Positions 60,112 through 64,000 of a stretch of 64,000 nt of DNA are shown piece after piece (within the stretch, counting starts at the first letter, position 1; each line of letters opens with the position of its first letter). The DNA is from Schizochytrium sp. TIO01 (lineage: Eukaryota; Protista; Bigyra: Labyrinthulomycetes): the NCBI GenBank assembly GCA_004764695.1, contig SMSO01000033.1, forward strand, positions 1,984,001 to 2,048,000. The letters are read 5' to 3'. The translations under genes and the position numbers were made by a program. The notes under the pieces were generated by a model that had not been told where the DNA came from, did not search any database, and saw only the letters and a list, made by a program, of their open reading frames with translations.

Positions 60112-61716
60112 TTATTGGGCACGAGCCCGCTTCCTTGCTCGTTCCAGAATATCCTCGATTTGGCTGTCTTGAAGCGCCTTGGCTTCTTCATTCGGATTAT
60201 AGATGTGCGTGTCCACGCCAGAGGGTTTAGTACGATCAGAAATGCTATCAGATTCGTTGTCTTGACTTTCCTGCATTGAAGGGCTAGAATCTTTAAGTCG
60301 GTTCTGTGCAGAAATGTTCCCATCGATTAGCAGTTCCTCAAGTTCCTCAAGAGAAGGCAACTCTGCATAGGCATCCGAGGCATGGCTCAAAGAAGGTGCT
60401 GCCTTACCAAACTTAAGGCGTAACAAGCTGACTGCTCTCAAAACAGCCGATTCCTTCTCCTGGAAAGTATTACCTACAACCGCAGGCATCAGTGCGCCAA
60501 CAAGTTTCTGCGACCATGTGTCTGCCTGAAGCATAGCCTCTCGCAGTAAAGGAAGAAGACCCACACGATCTTGGCGATTAGCTGGTGCTGGTGACAACAT
60601 AGTTTCCAAGTCAGTACGGCTCCAGTGATTCGGATGCATATCCATTAGAGATCTTCCTTCGTGGTTTATCTCCACGATTGAGTCGTCTGAGAGCCCATGC
60701 CAACGTTTGCTAAGAAGATAAGAAAGCCACCATAGGGCAAACTCTTTACGTGTCTCTGCGGCTTTGTCCTGAGCCATGGCAGTTTTGCTCTTGGTTGAGT
60801 TTGGAGCGAGAGAAGCAGCATGACTCGGTTCAACTACGATGGAGCAAAGTTCAAGAACTAAAGCACCTGTAAGGTCTGAGCTCGAGGAGTCACTCAAACC
60901 TGCCAAGATGCGCTCCCAAAGAAGAAACTTGGAAGAGTCCTTTTTATTTACGAGCTTGACATTGCACTCTGCAAGCGCTGATGCCAGAGCGGGTACGATT
61001 TCGGACTCCACGAAACGTGCTGGGACATCCTTGGTTACGCTATCAACAAGATCATCTATTTCGTCATAGTCAGGTTCAGTATCAAGTGTAGAGATTGTAC
61101 GAGCGAGCTTCTCGATTCTTTGGCGACTTTCGCGGCCAACTTTAGAGGCCCCTTTGAACGAGTCAGCCAGCTTAAGAGCCTGGGCTTCCCAATAGTTTGT
61201 GAAAAGCCACTGAATAATAGTGTCAGCAGCAACTCGAAGGAGTTCAAGAGAAGGGAGTTCTTGTTGATGTGTAGCTGCGTGTCGTACGTCTACAAGCCAG
61301 CGAGGTAGGCCAGCATGAGAGGCAAGATTCAGGATAGACTGCGCGTAAGCTTGAGTTTGCAAAGGGTCGACCACAAAATTGACAGCACGGACTGTTGCCA
61401 TAGAATATGCCAGACGGCGTTGAGTGTTTGATGTTGCGTGGTCATGGTCTGCAATAATTGCTTGAAGAATTTCCAGTGTAGCCAAGACTCGAGGGGGCAT
61501 TCCGTCAGAACCCGTTCGAAGGGACCATGTTTCAAGAAGTCTTGCTGCATGACGCCATTGGTCTACTTGAGGATCTATAACATCAGACTCGTGGTTCCTG
61601 TTTGGCACACATGGGCAGTTCTCACCCTCTGGGCCAAATAAAGCAACGAAGACATCCCTCCACTCTGTCCAGTCGCGCCATGCACTGCGGACAGGGCCGA
61701 CGGCTGCGGAGGCCAT
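60112..61716 (-). CDS. LAS1: Las1-like pre-rRNA processing endoribonuclease (HEPN)
   Basis: 'W..W.EW..V', 'RLAYSMATVRAVN', 'GLPRWLVDVRHAATH..LPSLELLR..WLFTNYWEAQ'; HEPN RHxxTH motif at 61267-61284. Confidence 0.92.
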   Translation of the reverse strand: MASAAVGPVRSAWRDWTEWRDVFVALFGPEGENCPCVPNRNHESDVIDPQVDQWRHAARLLETWSLRTGSDGMPPRVLATLEILQAIIADHDHATSNTQRRLAYSMATVRAVNFVVDPLQTQAYAQSILNLASHAGLPRWLVDVRHAATHQQELPSLELLRVAADTIIQWLFTNYWEAQALKLADSFKGASKVGRESRQRIEKLARTISTLDTEPDYDEIDDLVDSVTKDVPARFVESEIVPALASALAECNVKLVNKKDSSKFLLWERILAGLSDSSSSDLTGALVLELCSIVVEPSHAASLAPNSTKSKTAMAQDKAAETRKEFALWWLSYLLSKRWHGLSDDSIVEINHEGRSLMDMHPNHWSRTDLETMLSPAPANRQDRVGLLPLLREAMLQADTWSQKLVGALMPAVVGNTFQEKESAVLRAVSLLRLKFGKAAPSLSHASDAYAELPSLEELEELLIDGNISAQNRLKDSSPSMQESQDNESDSISDRTKPSGVDTHIYNPNEEAKALQDSQIEDILERARKRARAQ

Positions 61717-62457
61717 CTTGTATTTGCAAGTCCAACTTCACGCGAACTTGCTTCCTTTCACAAGCTCAATCTTCTCCAAGGTGTTGGAGATACTTGTGAG
61801 GTTTTGCCTCACTTGGCAAGTCCTGCGTTTGCGAGAGTTTATTGGCGTCACTGCCCCCAATCGTTAATGCAATCCCAATCACCTCTCTCTTATTATCATC
61901 ACAGAGCACCAAAGCAGATAAGCACTGGTTTCCAGGAGCGCCAATAGCACTATTTATGCTTCAAATAAGACTATTTCAGAACGAAAAGAACTTAGAGAAC
62001 GAATTATAATATAATAAATATTATACAAGAAAAGAATAAAATTTTTCGTATACATGCAGAGGTTTACTTTTTTTTTTTCAATTTTCCTAAGACTTCAATC
62101 AGCGCTCTTACAACGGATATGGGTTCTTTGCATGCATACACATATGGGGTATCCCAAGTGTATGGCAACGCAACTGATGACATACTGCGCCTACCACACT
62201 GTTGCAATGTACTAGAATAAAAGAGGTGGAGGTGGGCGGAATGGAAAACAAGGAAAAGTAAAGGAGATTAAGAGAGCCCATGATTCAATTTGAGTGAAAT
62301 CTCCCGGCCGCAAGTATAAGCTATATTCATGTAATACCTTACAGACCTGCTCAGTTTTTAGGTCGTGTGTACCTGGGCGGATGTAGCTATTCTTTCTGGT
62401 TTATTTAAGATTACCTCGTTTTTTACTAGCAAGGCGCTAAAGAGTTAGCAATATCCC

Positions 62458-63582
62458 ATGTCCACATCGGAGCGAGCTCCACCATGGAGACGCTGGGAGC
62501 TTATTCGTGGCGCGTACCAGCTCGCACGCCCTGGCGCCCTTCGCGACCTTCGCTGGAGATGGGCAGCTACAGCAGCATCTATGAATGCTGTTGTAAGTAA
62601 ACCACGATTTGTCGCAGTTACAGGAAGCTTGCTTGGGCTCGTTTCTATCGAACAGCACAAAGGGCAACGTCTCGAGACTCTGATAGGGGAGTTGTTTTTC
62701 GCTTTTGCTGGACAAAGGACAGTGGCAGATCTTCGCGAATTAGTTGTCGGCCTATTTATTCTGCAATGTGCAAACTCCAACATTGCGAGTGAGGAGGTGC
62801 TGGAATGGCTCTTTCAGATCTATGATTTGGAGAACAAGGGGTGGTTGTCTACGAGTGAACTTTCTTCACTTATTTGGTCCTTGGCAAGTACTCCACGCAC
62901 CGTTCAGTATCTCGCTGATTTATTGCAAAACCTCGACCACACAACGCACCTTCAATGGCGACTTTTAGACTTGCAAGCACTTTTAACTGAGGAGCTCTTC
63001 GGAATCTGTCGATATGACGCATTGAGTTCGTATGATCGTGCTTCGATCAAGCTTCAAACAGAGATTGAACACGTTCGCCACTGTGCCATTCGCGCGCAAA
63101 ATCTCCGAAAAAGAATTATAATCAATCAAATATCGAAATCCTGGCTGCGTCAGAGACTTATGGCATGGAAGCGGGTTGCAGACAACAAAAAAGTATCCCG
63201 TCAGGCTTTGCTACGTGCTCGAATATACTTCCAACACAAGTGGAGGGCCATTGTTTTGCAAAAGCTTCAACACCGTGCACTTGCAGCAACCTTGAAGGGA
63301 AAAGCGAACGAAATCGCTTTTCACCATGTGCGAAGGAAGTCACTGCGCCACGTAATTACTCGTTGGAAAGCTTTTCACAAGTTCCAAGCTATCAAGAAAG
63401 AGATGAGAATGAGAGTTCTCATGCCTAAATATGAGCATGGACTCAAAAAACTGCAGAAAGTCTTGAAAGCTGCTGAAGTTCGAAAGGCGCATTTGCAGAA
63501 GGAAGAGTTCTTCTGGACTTGGCAGCGATTGTGGAGAAAGCATTCGCTTGAAAGCATTAAAATCAAGAGAGAAATGTCATGA
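62458..63582 (+). CDS. EF-hand-containing protein with a basic Trp-containing (Sfi1-like) helical C-terminus
   Basis: 'LEWLFQIYDLENKGWLSTSEL' is a calcineurin-B/recoverin-like EF-hand. The C-terminus has 'LRQRLMAWKR', 'LRHVITRWK', 'FFWTWQRLW'. Confidence 0.65.
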   Translation: MSTSERAPPWRRWELIRGAYQLARPGALRDLRWRWAATAASMNAVVSKPRFVAVTGSLLGLVSIEQHKGQRLETLIGELFFAFAGQRTVADLRELVVGLFILQCANSNIASEEVLEWLFQIYDLENKGWLSTSELSSLIWSLASTPRTVQYLADLLQNLDHTTHLQWRLLDLQALLTEELFGICRYDALSSYDRASIKLQTEIEHVRHCAIRAQNLRKRIIINQISKSWLRQRLMAWKRVADNKKVSRQALLRARIYFQHKWRAIVLQKLQHRALAATLKGKANEIAFHHVRRKSLRHVITRWKAFHKFQAIKKEMRMRVLMPKYEHGLKKLQKVLKAAEVRKAHLQKEEFFWTWQRLWRKHSLESIKIKREMS

Positions 63583-63609
63583 AGGGAAGCACTTACATAC
63601 TTTATTGAT

Positions 63610-63999
63610 TTATCTCACACTGAGGTAGCGGTCCCTGGGCTCCTTTGAATCAATGCGCATAGCTGCTTGTACTTCTTCAGGATCAATAGTTCCATTCTTA
63701 TCAAGATCAAAGGTTTGCCAAATAATGTGCAAATCTTCATCAGATATGTTGACACCAGCAATTTTTTGTAGCATCGCTTTGAGTTCCGTTTGAGAAAGGC
63801 TCCTCATTCCGTGGCGGCGCCTAGAGCGCGCTACACTGAGGATTTGCTGAATCTCCTCGAGATGAATAAAAATTGAGTCGAGGTTTCCGCCTGACTGAGC
63901 AGCAGGAACGTGCCGGTGCAAAAGAAGATAAAGTGCACAAACAGAGAATGAAGAGAAACCGATCAGCCAGTAAAAAGCAGTGGGGTGGCTCTCTAAATG
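63610..63999 (-). CDS. 3' end of a gene cut by the window edge: TM helix followed by EF-hand(s), possibly an MRS2/CorA-family Mg2+ transporter
   Basis: Frame is open to the window end: HLESHPTAFYWLIGFSSFSVCALYLLLHRH.. followed by the EF-hand 'IWQTFDLDKNGTIDPEEV'. Confidence 0.6.
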   Translation of the reverse strand, partial: HLESHPTAFYWLIGFSSFSVCALYLLLHRHVPAAQSGGNLDSIFIHLEEIQQILSVARSRRRHGMRSLSQTELKAMLQKIAGVNISDEDLHIIWQTFDLDKNGTIDPEEVQAAMRIDSKEPRDRYLSVR

Positions 64000-64000
64000 A

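Noticed and set aside
60112-61716. HEPN nuclease as a possible defence effector partnered with the CHAT-STAND protein
   Set aside because: The sequence is a typical housekeeping Las1 rRNA-processing enzyme, 33 kb away.

Overview
Gene-dense, intron-poor eukaryotic DNA with AT-rich intergenic tracts. The gene content (Snu66/SART1, AP-4 beta, Las1, OFCC1-like, XRRA1-like, TPGS1/CSTPP1-like, IQ-WW-B-box) and architecture suggest a flagellate-producing stramenopile, most likely a thraustochytrid; this is inferred, not proven. I can support 14 protein-coding genes, one of them cut by the window end, and one clear coding-region intron. I found no tRNA, rRNA, CRISPR array or intact transposon. The standout is a single-ORF 5034-aa protein (12260-27364, minus strand). 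It has about 2300 aa of microsatellite-encoded low complexity, then SPRY, GAT-like, ARM and RI-type LRR domains, a CHAT caspase-like protease with an intact His/Cys dyad, and a degenerate C-terminal STAND/NB-ARC-like P-loop module. This reads as an 'inverted, all-in-one' NLR/inflammasome-like candidate. Other oddities are a double-anchored FAD oxidase lacking the HWXK motif, a TPR-ankyrin-LsmAD fusion, an MRS2-like C-terminus with an EF-hand, recurrent AGGTAGGT motifs at likely promoters, several probable 5'UTR introns, and a 9-kb ORF-poor interval upstream of the giant gene. All domain calls are by eye from remembered family motifs; no searches were run.
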